From: Haliotis rufescens
Taxonomy: Eukaryota
Direction of reading: 5' to 3'
Assembly: GCF_023055435.1 (NCBI RefSeq)
Contig: NW_025963890.1
Location: 62,558,001-62,622,000 of the forward strand
DNA: 64,000 bases
The position numbers were made by a program, and so were the translations under genes. The notes beneath the pieces are model-generated. The model saw only the letters and a program-made list of their open reading frames with translations, searched no databases and was not told the DNA's origin. This document shows, piece after piece, positions 24,601-37,975 of the stretch; position 1 is the stretch's first letter; every line of letters begins with the position of its first letter.

Positions 24601-26140
24601 CACTTACGTTCAGTAGGTATTGATTTATGGGTTAACCTCTCATTTCCAATGTGGAAATCACATCTTACCACTTTCAGTCCTTGATTTGTCTGATCCAGAT
24701 TATACAGAGAGGCGTGATAAAGCGGTTATACTGCTGACTGTGGCTTTATACAGCATCCTCTCATTTACTCACACATTTGACTTGATTAGTGGTGCATAGA
24801 TACGTTCTGAGTTTGGTAAGAGACAAAATATGTTCTGACCGCATTTGTTTACAGGACTTAAAACATGAACCGCATTACTTTTATATGTGTGGGAAACATC
24901 ATTTAAAAGTATTTCCTACCCGCATTTTCTGGGACAGTTCATTTAAAAAGTTCAGCTCCTATCTGAATCTCGCCTTTCTGGTTATACAGAAACCCTTTGT
25001 TTAATTAGAAGAATATCAGACACACGTATCTTATTGGTCAGGGTTACACTATACAAGCCTTCAGTAAAACTTTCAAAAAGCCTATTGCAGACATGTTGAG
25101 AACATTTCCAGATTTGGAGCATCGAGACAAAAGTGATGTCTGATTTTGATTCCTTATTTTTATGATGTGTCCCTGTGTATTTTCAGGTGAACAATTGAAT
25201 TGCTTTTAATATAAGGTTTTCCTTTGCATATAATTACCAGAATGTTCTACTGGTATACAGCAGATGTAAGTAAAACATATTATATTGTTTTACTTGCCTT
25301 TGCATGTATTTGTGATGGTTGCCAACGATGGGGTAGGATACGGTCACCTTTTTGCGAACACCTAGTATCATCACTGTTTGATAGTGATTCATAAATACAT
25401 GCTCATGATGTAGTCGGAATTGTACAATCGACTGTCGACAGTTTTATGAAAATGAAAGAGTTTTGACACTTATATTTAAGTTTCAACAAAATTAGTAAAT
25501 TTGCTATCGTGTCACAGGGTTATCTGGTCCGTCACTTGATTGTCTGGTTTGTTTTCAGGCCGCCATCGCATGGAAGAGTACTGATGTGTGGCTTCAGGCG
25601 ACAAATACGCATTTGATTTTTCGAATTGTGTGAGTGGCGGACATACTTACTCTTAACTGGTGTCATCTCTGATTTTCACCGCTATTTTACCTTTTTTTGC
25701 CCAAAGGAATCAGTTTCGGTTGATACTTTGTTGAAAATTTGTATGTGTTTGTCACGGGTGCCACCAGTGGAACGGGATACACAAATCGTTTCGCGTACAC
25801 GTGGTATCAACACTGTTTGATAGTGATTCACACACATCCTTGTGGTATAGTCGGAATCGTACAATGGATTTGTTATGGTTATGGAAGTGTTTTGTAGCTT
25901 TTATCGTATGTACCGTTGTCTTGACTGACCATCACGATAAGAATGTCACTGAAGGATGGAGTAGGGCAGTTGTGGATTAAACAATCAAATATCAATATAT
26001 CGATAAAAGAATACAATGGCATATTGATACATCAATCAATGATATCATTTGTACAGAAATTAAATGTTAACATTGAATTATTGCCTTGTCGGTGACTTGT
26101 GAAATATGTCAGTCATAATCTCTCATAACTCTTCGCCATG
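21630..26140. repeat. Tandem segmental duplicate of ~14580-19420 (gene plus both flanks)
   Basis: Colinear similarity across downstream SINE, CDS, promoter and spacer; e.g. 19150-19420 matches 25870-26140. Confidence 0.9.
22162..23604 (-). CDS. ARSB: Arylsulfatase B-like sulfatase, intronless, signal peptide, 480 aa (copy C)
   Basis: Uninterrupted ORF from ATG 23604 (MIPQRAVFILL). Motifs intact; closest to copy B in both coding sequence and flanks. Confidence 0.95.
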   Translation of the reverse strand: MIPQRAVFILLTFVFCECAEKPHIVFIVADDLGWNDVGYINPQMITPNLDRLAKAGVILNSSYVQPLCSPSRSCFMSGYFPYHTGLQDRVVSVNSAKHLPANLTTIPQKLKQLGYDTHMVGKWHLGFCNEKYTPTERGFDSYLGYYSGFEDYYTHVRQESSDEVGLDFRFNLTINRRSNETYSANVFADRAVEIIENHDNSKPLYLYLPFQSVHQPLQVPAKYENMYKNIETKRRRVYCGMVSALDEAVGNITKALEDKGLMDNLLLVFTTDNGGPTFAAANNLPLRGAKNTLWEGGTKGTGFIYSKTLLKKMGYINTGMMHAVDWYPTFVELAGGENTDPNMDGVSQYDMLINGGPTNRNEFVYNIYDAQEAAAIRYGDFKLIQGSPGIHNGWAPLPHLGIDEGVYEADNQTFPPFMLYNITADPTEHFDLSAKYPELVDMMKKRLDNWKKTRVPAQDPTPVPRANPKYYGGVWSPGWC

Positions 26141-28904
26141 TCTTTACAACGACAACCTAAAGTTGTCAAAAGAGCATATTCAAATGAAAGTTGGTTCAGA
26201 AAATATTTGTAAAGTAATTGATCGCGATCAAGGTTAGATACAGATTAATTTAAATACATGCCTTCATGTAACATTACTTCTGTCATACAATGCCATTATA
26301 CCTATTTTGATTCTAAGTATGTTTGACACTAATTACTGTAGACCTTTCTATTGACAACTGTGTCACTCTTCACATCTTCATTAAATGGCATCTTTTGACT
26401 TGTAGTATTTGTTGTACATTGCAAATAATGGATTACAGCATATTTCCATGGCCGTGTTGTTTAAATGTGAGTTTTATAAAGAAACTTTTATCCACAAAAT
26501 CATACATACGTAAGTTGTAAGCTGTATGTGTCACACAATGAAATGAAATGAAATAAAATGACAAATATTGACAATTTGTTCAGCAGTGTTTTCATGAGAT
26601 AAGGCTTAGGTTACTAAAAGCCACTTTCCTTTTATAAATGAAACTTGCAGATAGATGTACGACAAATATAAGGGTCAGAAGATGTAAAAATCTAAACTAA
26701 ACAACATTTCATTACCGTAGGGAAATAAGTTTGTTTTTTGTTTTTTAAATATGAATTACTCCCCGCATTTAAACCTTTGAGTTCAAAAGAACAAAGAATA
26801 ATATTTGTTGTCAAGCTACGATTAATATTTTATGGATACCTCAAAGCGACAACTACCTCAAGTGCAGTGTTTATGCTGTAAGGGACACAACTCCAAATAC
26901 TATTTTGTAGACGTTGTAAACGACTTGACCTCACTATGGAGTAGAACAACTGCCACTGGTACCTTCTAGTTAACTGTCAATATTACTTCACCCCTGGCAG
27001 TGGGCTCGGCATATCTTCACACTATTCACCGGGACTCCTAATCCTATTTCTATTGGAAGGCCGTTTCAGAGTGAGTGAGTTGGGTTTAACAACGCCGCTA
27101 AATAATATCTGTCAGCTTGATTGGAGAGTAAAACACTAAGTAAAAATAGTCCATTGACGTTTACCACCTTTGTGAAACACACGGGCATGGGTTTGGTGTT
27201 GAGAATTGTGAGATACAATCCCCCCGACCGTTGGATTGAGGCAGTTTGTCACTGCAAACACGAAAACGTCGTTTTTTTCCGTATATGGTCATTCGACGGA
27301 AAAACGACGTTATTTGGACGTTTTCAAACCATCGTTTTTCCGTCCAAATAACGTCGTTATTTGACATCGGAATTTACTGGGAGAGAACGATAGCGTTAAG
27401 CTCCTCCCTTTCTTGATTGACATTGTCAATCAAGCAACAGCGTCTACCGGTATTTCTACTTCTCAGATTTCATTGGTCAGTCCCCGCGTGTTAGATTACA
27501 GGCCCGCGTTCGACGCTGCACTCGAAGCGCTTAGCGGAAGTACTGAAATCAATCGTTCTGCGCATGCGGATTACTTAATGCCTTGACCAAATTTTCCGTT
27601 CTGTGCATGCGCGATTTCGCGTATTGTTTCCTAGATATAATGTCACCACTATTTGACAATGGTTCATAAACACAGTCACGTGAAGGTTCGGAATCGTAAC
27701 GAGTAACTCCATTTAAATTGAAAAGGATTCCCAGTGATATGGGAGATTCCAAGATGAAACTATTCTATGGCCATCTAGGCTGCCACCCAAACCGATCTAA
27801 ACGGGACCCGATAGCTTAGTGTATGCTATATAGTCATATGGAAGTGGACAAGAACTATACATTGTATTCCGGCCGATTGTTCTTGCATTTACTTATAAGT
27901 CAGGAAAATGGACTTAAAAGGGGAGTTGTTGAATGTAATTATTTTAATTATTAAATGTTGCCTATACACTAATCTCGACGAACTTCTCATTGTTCTGTTT
28001 ATGTCATCCTATATACTATTAGTATGTTACCGTTCTAAAGTCAACCTCTCACATAACATTATATTGTTCATAGTATCAAGTTTAATCAACAATGGTTCAT
28101 AAACACAGTCAATATCAAGAGCAGCGATGTAAACCACTGAAACACCCAAACACAAGGCTGTTATCAAGCGGTAGTGCAGACGTGATGCATCGTAAAAACT
28201 GTATCGTGATGTCTTCAGAAATTCAATTATACTACGAGATAGTACGGCTAACGCTGACTCACCGGTGGAACAAAGACAATATCGCTAATACAGATATAAC
28301 GTATTTGAATGTTAATACTAAAGACAAACAATCATTATTTTTGCAGTGACGATATAACACGTATATACGTTTATTGTTAACTTTCATCAGTTTTGCTCTT
28401 CATTTTAATAACTTTGTTTTCACATATATATGTAGCAATACCCGACAAGCATGTCATACATAATTATGGGGCAGTTTTCAATCTTGTACTGACTTACTCT
28501 GGTGTTAATGAGCGAAGTTTATTGGCTTGTTTGTAAAACCCCGTTTTTCTTGTAATCCTATTATTACTTAGTTTAATTCTATCTAACGACACCCTGTTCT
28601 CTGGATCATGGCTCCGTGACTATCCATAACAATTAAGATGAACATTCAGTTCAAGTAAATGAATGAGTTTGTTTTGACGCTACAGTCAGTCAAAAAACCA
28701 ATGCTGTGAGGTTTGATAACACACTTCTACCAGGTCGAACATCGTGGATCCTCATTTTCTGCCTAAAGAGAATCATAGTTCATATGCTAATCCATCTGCG
28801 AATACCCTCCCACTCAAGATGACCTTACTTGTTGCTAAATCTATCATCTATCCCCCTAATCTCACCCGCCCCCACCCCCCACACGCACGCACGCAAACGC
28901 GCCC

Positions 28905-29066
28905 NNNNNNNNNNNNNNNNNNNNNNNNNNNNNNNNNNNNNNNNNNNNNNNNNNNNNNNNNNNNNNNNNNNNNNNNNNNNNNNNNNNNNNNNNNNNNNNN
29001 NNNNNNNNNNNNNNNNNNNNNNNNNNNNNNNNNNNNNNNNNNNNNNNNNNNNNNNNNNNNNNNNNN
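28905..29066. other. Assembly gap (N run)
   Basis: Run of N. Confidence 1.
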
Positions 29067-29769
29067 GGACAGGAAATACTGCTGATAGCCTCTGGTCAAC
29101 TCAGCCGCGCCACCGCAGAATGTTCGTCCAACTCTGCAGGGGGCATTCTCAGTGGCTTCAACCGCGCTGAAATGTTTTCGCCTTGCATCCAAGATGGTGG
29201 ACAAGTGAAATCGTATGAAATTTGGCTATTTTAGGTCCTATCTCTTTTTTGATTACCCAATAAAGTCAATTCATAGTTACACGGTTGTGAAGAAGCTTAC
29301 AACTTTATAAGACTTATTCATCTCATTCCAAAAAAGCTACTCGCGCTCACATAAAGTTGTGGTTATTATGTCACTGTTTTATTTCTTTAAAAATATATTA
29401 CATGTTCAACAATAACAATTAAGATGAACATTCAATTTCCGATATAAGTAAATGAATAAGTGTGTTTTACGCCACAATCAGTCAAAAACCAACGTTGTCC
29501 GGTCTGATGACACACAATCTACCAGGTAGCACATTGTGTACACCCTATCCCCCTTGACGTCTCCACTGTGGGTATTCCTGGGGACGAAAAGGCCCCATGT
29601 ACCTAGGAATTTCATCAATACATTCATGCGCGGCATTCTCTGCCTAAAGAAGATCATATAGTTAACATGCTAATCCAACTCGAACTACCATCCCGCTCAA
29701 GATGAATGTTTTATGTAACATCCAACAGGCCCACATTTACGCACGCACGCACGCGCACACACATATTTG

Positions 29770-32700
29770 GATTTACCAATCCCTGAATTGAGAAGACGTG
29801 CGTTACGAAGCTCCTCCAAGTCATCATCAATATCCGTATATGTCTGTGATATCATTACCCATCCAAAGCCGAATATACATTTATTGTGTTTTCTTGACAA
29901 CAAATGTTATAATTGGGATAACACTTTCTGAGTAAAGTACAGATTCTCGTACTTTCTTGGGTTGAGCCCCGTCCGGGATTTGAACCGACACTGTGAGTGA
30001 GGCACCCAATCGCCAGAACACAAAGTTGGCGATCTAACCCAGCCACCGAACCAAAAATGTTAGTCCAGATGACGTATACTTTGTGTACTCCTCTGACAAG
30101 AGAAAAATGGCACGGCTTCTATGACCGAAAGCTTTGAACCAACAATGCCTTTAAGAAAGTGGTCAACAGTAACACACATTATATTTGGATACCACTTTCT
30201 CAGTAAACTACATATTTTTAGGGTGGAGATAATAGACGTTGATGGTTGATTATCAATGGACAAATTAAAGCCAAAACTTAACTTATGAATGATTGGTAAT
30301 GGGAAATGGACAATGGGCAAACGGGAGGCGGGGTAATCAGCGCCATGCCAGTTATCTGTTGGCTTCCCTTGTTGCGTTCCCTTCTTTGCTATCTTTTTAC
30401 TTTTGTTGTTTTTACAGGTACAAATATATGTTCTCTGCCTCATAGCATTTAATAATATGCACCTGATGAAGGAGAAAGTATATATTCCGAAACGCAGTGT
30501 TCCTCCGTTGACATCCATAAATATTTTTCCTAGTGTGTATCAGTTCTTAATGCCCTTCAAAGAGTCAATCTAGCTTTGTTTTTAAATGTGGTGATATTTG
30601 CGTAGAATTTAATATGGTCATGCCTATATACATTTGGGTCTTTGTCTACATAAGCATTTGGATATACAATTTAGAGCTAAGGACATTGCTAATTCTGCAG
30701 GCATGAAGTACGCGTCATAGCAAGCTGTGATCTTTATTCATACTTTAGATATTCGTAATGGAGATCTGTAACTGAAGTTTACCGTAATCTTCCGCAACTC
30801 TCACCTCCTGACCAGTTGAACGTCTTTGTGCATTCAGATGCCATTGTAAAATTCCAGGCTGCCCCTCTTTCTGTGATGTTTTGACGGATGAAATCTATTG
30901 CGTTATAATAATCTCTGTTTGCTGATATATAATATGTACATGTTGTAAAATATTTACGATATTTTAAACGTGTAATTCGATGCATATGCAATGCAATGTG
31001 AACATAAGTGCGGATGCACGAAGGCGGTTATAGTCATAGTTATACTGCGATGGATGTAGGGGAATGGTAGGGAGGGTGTATGTATGTATGAAAGCACGAA
31101 TACCGATACATGAGGGCGGATATAGTTATAGTTCGATGGATGTTGGGGAATGGTGGGAGGATGGATTATGTATGAAAGCATGCGCATGGATCCATGATGG
31201 CTGACGTAGACATAATGGTGGGGAAAGAAGAATGTGATGTGTGTGTGTGTGTGCGTGCGTGCATGCGTGCATGCGTGCATGCGTTGTGATACGAGGGTTG
31301 GCGAACATGTTGTCAGATGATTGTGTGAGTAAGTTAAGTGGTTGAGGATGTGGCAGGTATGAGTATTGATACATGCAGACTTGGGGTTGGGGGACTGGTT
31401 GTGCCTGTGCTGAGGTCTTTTGTTTCACTCACTTATAGTGTTTTCTTTCACTCAAATACTGTTTTACGCATTTTAATGACTGCAACTGTAGTGACTCAAA
31501 GGTCATACTGGCCGGGCATTCAACATATCTACCCCAACTACATACGTAGCCATTTTTATGGTGTACNNNNNNNNNNNNNNNNNNNNNNNNNNNNNNNNNN
31601 NNNNNNNNNNNNNNNNNNNNNNNNNNNNNNNNNNNNNNNNNNNNNNNNNNNNNNNNNNNNNNNNNNNNNNNNNNNNNNNNNNNNNNNNNNNNNNNNNNNN
31701 NNNNNNNNNNNNNNNNNNNNNNNNNNNNNNNNNNNNNNNNNNNNNNATGTATCTTCGAGAGTCAGTAAGAAACTAGAAATAACTGCCTTTGTTCTGTAAA
31801 CCTCACCAAGTTTCAGCTTTCGCCTCTTCCTTTGTGGACTGAGGTTTCACATTTGTAAAATGATCTCTCTTATCTGTCTGTACCATCAACTTAACTGCCC
31901 TCACCCCCTGCAGTTTTCCCGTCCTATATTGCCAAGCAGTTGACCCACAAGGAGGAATACCGCCCTCCCTCAGTCCAGTGATACTGTGCCTAGCACAATA
32001 TGTTGGGGATACGTAGCCTTGCTGTGGGCAAACATTTTGTAACAATTTGGCAAACTTTGATATGTAAACAGCAAATATTATTCAGTTTTATTTCAACAAA
32101 AACGGAAAAAATCGGATCCTACTTATTTTGTGGATACCATAACAATAAATCAAGCCAATAGATCGTTTGAGCTGGCATGAATATAAAAAATAATTAGCAA
32201 GTCGATAGTCATAATTCCCTCTGTTGGTCCCACGTGAAATGTTGTTCATGAATAGAATAGATGGCTGATAGACGTTCGACCGAATAATATCATTTGCTAA
32301 CTTCAACTGTTCATCTAATTTCCATGAATGTATGTTACATAGTTCATATGTTCATGGGCTTCTTCACTGAATGTATAGTGTGGAGGACTACTTCACTTGA
32401 GGATAAGTAACATAAATAATGATGATAATTATGATAGTATTGCCATTATTATTCCTTCAGATTATTAAAAAAAAAGTTATTATGTTTTCATAGAGAGAAA
32501 GAGATATGGAGATTGTGAGATTATTTTTAGCATCGGAATTGTTAACATAATTCTTAAAGATATTATGTTTTGTTTGTTTGTTGTTAAATGCTGCACTCAG
32601 CAACGTAAGGATATTAAAACATTACATTTAGGTTCAGTTGTATTTTTATATTTGTATCATTTTGCAAATGTTACAGAGACCTGATAAGGGATATATAATC

Positions 32701-35070
32701 ATGTATAGTCGCTATTCTTAAAGTAAGAATACGTTAGATTTATCAACCAGAAATATTGCACACAAGAGGATAATCATATTTCATGACACTATTCAACGTC
32801 GAAGTCAACGATATTTGTGTATGTTATTGCTACATGACACGGATACGTCATGATAAAGCAAAAAATTATTAGAAATTGGCATTTGATGATATAAGATAGC
32901 TACGCGATAAATCACAAAGAACAAAGAAGGAAGCGATATTTATTTCACGATAAAACATTGTTCTATCATGACGTCATTTATTGAGATTCGAACATGCACT
33001 CGCAACTTGAAAAGTAAAATTTGTAAATTTGACCTTATTTTTGAGAGGCCTGTGTCTAGTGAGTTGTTCCCAATAAATGTTGCTGGAGAATCCGAAAATG
33101 AGAGTGATATGACAATCGGTATTGGGAGAAAAGGTACAGATGATTGACGAGAAAATTGTGAGAATATGCGGGACCAAACTCAAATCCTAAAATGGATTTA
33201 TCTAGCATGGCCGCTGTCGGATTCTATTCAAGGAATCATCATTATTTAAGTACGGGTAAATATTGTAAAGCGTGTATTTTTTCCTAATTTAACACCCTAA
33301 AAGAGGCTGTAAGTAATGTTGATATCTCATATAGAATTAAATGAGTCTCGGTCGTTGTTTATCGTACAATAAACAACTCCCACTCGTCGTTTGTTTCTTA
33401 ATAACATGACCATATACAGTAACATTATATCTTTTCATGTTTATCGGTCAACAAAAGCGACATAAGCATTTCCTTTATCATGACAAACCCTTGCCAAAAG
33501 TAGCGCCAACTGCACCATTGCGACAACATCAGGAGCATGTTTCATGATTCATCATAATAAATGATGACATTGGATGCTCGCAAAAACGCGAGCTCATTCC
33601 GATCCACTAGTTGCACCCGCCACAAACACATCCAAAGGCAAGCCAATTGTTCACCCGAAAAGGCAGAGAATTGCATCTGACATCATTTTTGTCATTGATA
33701 CGTCAAACCTGGAAATGCCGTCTACACGTCCAACACAAAGCCCAAGCCAGGACCCAAATCCTTCAAACCCGGCCAAAGTTCTGTTAATTACATACATTTC
33801 CCCCTAAGCTTAAATAATCTATACTAGTTCTGAAGTAAATCGTATTTACCCGTATGAATCGTCTTATGTTATTTATTGCCGATAAACAGAATATGCACAC
33901 TTTCTGAAAGTACTGTGTGATGTCACGCACCAAACCTATACTCTCGATATACATGCTGTTCTTACTTAAAAAAGAATATTGGGTTAACAAGATACGTATA
34001 TTAAAGTACCATGCTTTCCTGATGTGCTCTCATTCTAATTTGAAATAATGGCATAAATAGTTACCACTCATCTTTCAATATTTTTCAAGTTTGGGTTAAT
34101 CACGAACATATTTGAATATGTACAACATCTGTACTTACTTATCTTTATACTTAAAGGCATCAGGTTTGTCTGTCGTAAGACCCCGAAACAAATATGTCCA
34201 ACACAGCCCAATATTTGGCTCTTGGCTCCTTGTTCTTATATTTTATAAGTATTGTTTAAACAACTGTTTTTTTCTGTAAAATATGTTCATTTCAGAAATT
34301 AGATGTTATTCTAGCATTAGGTCTGTGGTACGTTTACTGCATCAGCATTACATTAAAACGATATTACATTATATAAATCCATACAGAGGAAATGCTTAAC
34401 ATTTATCTTTTAAGGAAGAGTGCAGGACGACTTGCTTTATACATATAAATGTGGACATATATGTATGGACATTTGGATGATACAGATATACCTCCTTAAA
34501 GATAGTGTTCGTAGATGACTGTAGAAAATGGAATAATTATGTGAGTAATCGGGTTAATACCACGTTCAGCAATATTTAGCCATATTGCGATATTGGTTTC
34601 CAACATACAAGACGGACCATGAAATTATGACTTGAATTTAGACCTGGCTTTCTGGTGTGATGTAACAACCCAGAATCTCCGGTAGAAAAAGGGCTCAAAG
34701 CACGAATTAAGATCACGAGATGATACTGATGTATGCATCTGGACATATATTTGCGTAGTATTACTACCTTAATTCATCAGTATATATGTATTTTGCATAA
34801 AAGGATATTATAGGATCGACGCTGACATGCGCATATAACCTATTTACCAGTGCTGTAATATTTCATTTCTTCTGACACATATCGACACGAGAAATTATAT
34901 TTAAATTTAAAAGGAGCCCAAGTGGGATAGAAATTTGAGTCTGAACCTGTTGAACAAGGCTTGTTTCATTTTGGGCTATAGCATTGCCGCAAGGCCTGGG
35001 CGGAAGGGAACACCTGTTTGCACCCATCAGATACCAATCACAACTTCTCTCTCCAAACGAAAACAAAATA
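29770..35070 (-). pseudogene. Possible decayed spliced accessory gene inside the CACTA-like element (DUF4806/BEN-like)
   Basis: Exon-like pieces on the minus strand: FFVFCFRLEREVVIGI*WV..ML*PK..PTWAPF (~34900-35060), SHQKARSKF (~34630-60), KEEAKAET|GT (~31805-31990), MASECTKTFNWSGG..LR|GT (~30782-30923), SKLSVIEAV (~30110-40), YTDIDDDLEELRNAR|GT (~29777-29850). Similarity judged from memory only. Confidence 0.3.
31567..31746. other. Assembly gap (N run)
   Basis: Run of N. Confidence 1.
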
Positions 35071-37749
35071 CGAAAAATGTCGGAAGTGTATCCTTCTAAT
35101 TTTCTATTTAGATACATGTTTTAACTTTAAAGTAATTATATGTATCTCATGTATTATTGGTATCTGTGATGCTGGTACCGTTTTGTTGCCATTGTGTAGC
35201 TTTTGTGGAGTTATTATGAATATCAAATACATGCCTTGAAATATGGACTTGTGAAAGAACTCATCATTGAATCATTTGCATTAAATTAATGCATATACCA
35301 TTTACTTGGCGTGTATGGACATATTATCCATCTACTTATACACACTTATTATGGACATATACAGAATTTCATTTTACCTTATTATTTAAAAAAATACCCG
35401 TGAAGATCCGGGTTAGAATAGGCATTCAACAACCCACGAAGGCGACTTGGCTCGCTGACTTGGTTGATGCATGTCATCGTATCCCAAATATGGTATATTG
35501 CTGAGTGCGGCGTTAAACAACAAACAATCAAACGAAATCTATATAATTATTAAACACCTTCCAACAATGAGAAATTAAACTTATATTTTCTAAATATTCT
35601 GTTATATTTATAACATAATTTGATTCATAATTTAATTATTGCGTTGCTTTCTTCCCTGTCATTCAATGTGCATGTTCAAACCCCTAAACTTTTAATATTT
35701 CATTTTTCATAAATGGCTACGTTAGTGCGTTGCCTAGATCTCTCGTTACCTACTCAAAAGAATAGATTAAAATAATTTGTTTTACTATCATATTTCTGTT
35801 TATCTAATTCATAATACAAAATTGATAATTCATTTATAATAGTATAGATCATATTCGTGTATATCACTATCTGATGCTAAGGTTTTATTTCAGAAAATAT
35901 AATTAATTCAAAATGTAGAAAGATACACAATTTGCCATTATTTGACTTTTAAACTGTACAAAGTATGATATAATGATCAGAATACCTGTAACGGGTAGTA
36001 TTTAAGAAAGAAATATTTGTCGAGAAGTCCCATTTTTTAGATATGCCCTTCAGTAGTATTATTGCATATCTCCAGAGAGAGGTTTACATTGTAGTTCTCA
36101 TTATTTGTGGATAATTCAAAAAGCAACATAGAAAATATATATGCTACCATGACGAAAGAATACAGAGTATACATAACTCGCAATTCTATATATTCAGCAA
36201 ACAGCCCAAAACCGAAACTCCACAACATATCCGATTACACTGATTAAGGCTGTCCCAGTTCTCCATGCGATACTGACGCCCGTTCGTCTCCCAGACCATA
36301 CAGAATAAATTTAAAAGGAATCCAGCTCAAGTCTAGAACGATTTGGCAAGCCTAGATTGCCTTAATTCTATCCATGAAATTAAGCATTAATAAAACAATA
36401 TTGTTCTTGTCTGCTTCAGGTTATATTTTGTAGATACTTATTTTAACTAGGAAATTTGTACTGACACCGGCGCTGTCCCTATTGAAGCTATCCATAAGAA
36501 TTTCGAATTCCCGTCCATTGTTCGATGTCAATACATCGATGACAAGTGAGGATATCATAAAGTAATCGTTGATGCCGCGCTACACTTTGATAAAAATTAT
36601 AATCAAGTTGACTGGTGTGTACATTACTACAGTGAACATGTACATGATCATGCCCTAATAACCAAATGCCGTAATGTCAAATACTAATTTATTATTGTGT
36701 GATGAATTTAACTGGATCAGTGGTAATATGTAATATTAATATTCCATCAATTTCTTTCCTGATTGGTCCATCCATGTCTACAAAATGAAAATAATACAAT
36801 TAAAATGGAGCATATAACAATTCTTAATTTCAGGCTAGAGCTGTGGAAATCTAGACTTTCCCAATCATTATAGACTTGAGTTGGTCTCATGTTTTACATT
36901 ATTCTCTTGGGTCAACGTCACAGCTCATACCATACACTAACAAGACCAGCTTGCCCCCCGACGGAGCGCCTGGATTTTGGTTATATCATCTAACATGGTC
37001 AACTCTGCTCTTAAGTAAACAAGAACCTAATCAGCGAGGGGTCCTTTATCATCCCTATGTGGCTGCTTATAAAAATCTGATATCTTTTCCCAAAGACCTG
37101 GTTAATAATATATTTTCTGCTGAATATTCGAAACAAATAGAGTGAGTTGGTACTACATGTACATATGTATACGGTTCTATTTTAAATGCAGCGCTCCATT
37201 ATGAAAACAATTTGTTTTAACGCCGCTCTCAGCAGTATTCCAGTGATATATGACGGCGGTCTGTTGTATATGAAATATATGCAAATTGAATCTTGAATCT
37301 TGAAAGTCGTAACATGTCCGCAAATAAGTATCACATGCAGTATACAGTATATCAACTGCAATATACTGTATACAGTATACATCAGTATACAGTGTGTCGC
37401 GAGCTCTGCGCTGGGCCGGAGCACACATTTCCTACACCTCTCCCTTCGGCAAACACATCACGAGGGTTGCAACGAGGTCACAGGTCAGGCGTGCACTCGT
37501 CAGTTGTATAATACGGTCGAGAGTAAGATCTTCCGGAAGACCACTGCACTGGAGGTATGTGGATTATTGAGGAGGTACTACGTGTTTGGAACTGGGAGTT
37601 GAACACTAAGCACTTTTAGAGAAGAGCTCACAATAAAACGTTATGGACTCGCGGACGGACTTGTGTTTTCATTTCAAGACGTACATTTATCAGATTGAAC
37701 TTCCTAACTGTAACAATAACTGAACTTTACGCCTTTTATACACATTTGT

Positions 37750-37975
37750 GATGGGGCGACAATGCGACAACGAGACATATTTTGACCTTGAAAATGTCGC
37801 GTTACGGCATCGTCGCCCTTTTGTAAAATAAAGAAAAGGATTATCAAAGAGCGACAATGCGAACACGCGACAATGCGACAAATGGCCAATTGTCGCGCTT
37901 TTGTTAATTTTGACACGTTTTGCTTGTTTTTGTAAAGGCGTCAATGCGACAATGCGACAACGGGACAATGTCCCT
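37750..37975. repeat. Cluster of GCGACAAT motifs in both orientations (MITE-like subterminal repeats)
   Basis: GCGACAATGCGACA at ~37755, 37851, 37868 and 37946; inverse TGTCGC/CGTCGC between them. Confidence 0.7.

Noticed and set aside
28744-31799. ORFs spanning N runs or microsatellites (also 20039-20446 and 55481-55825)
   Set aside because: Length is inflated by gaps or dinucleotide repeats; they are not independent genes.
33574-33807. Protein-like 77-aa plus-strand ORF inside the CACTA-like element
   Set aside because: Low complexity, no recognisable motif or clear splice context, and opposite in strand to the other exon-like pieces.
37262-37685. Possible solo LTR (TG...CA with AATAAA near the end); similar impression at ~1133-2232
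   Set aside because: No matching TSD, PBS or second copy in the window, so it cannot be supported.
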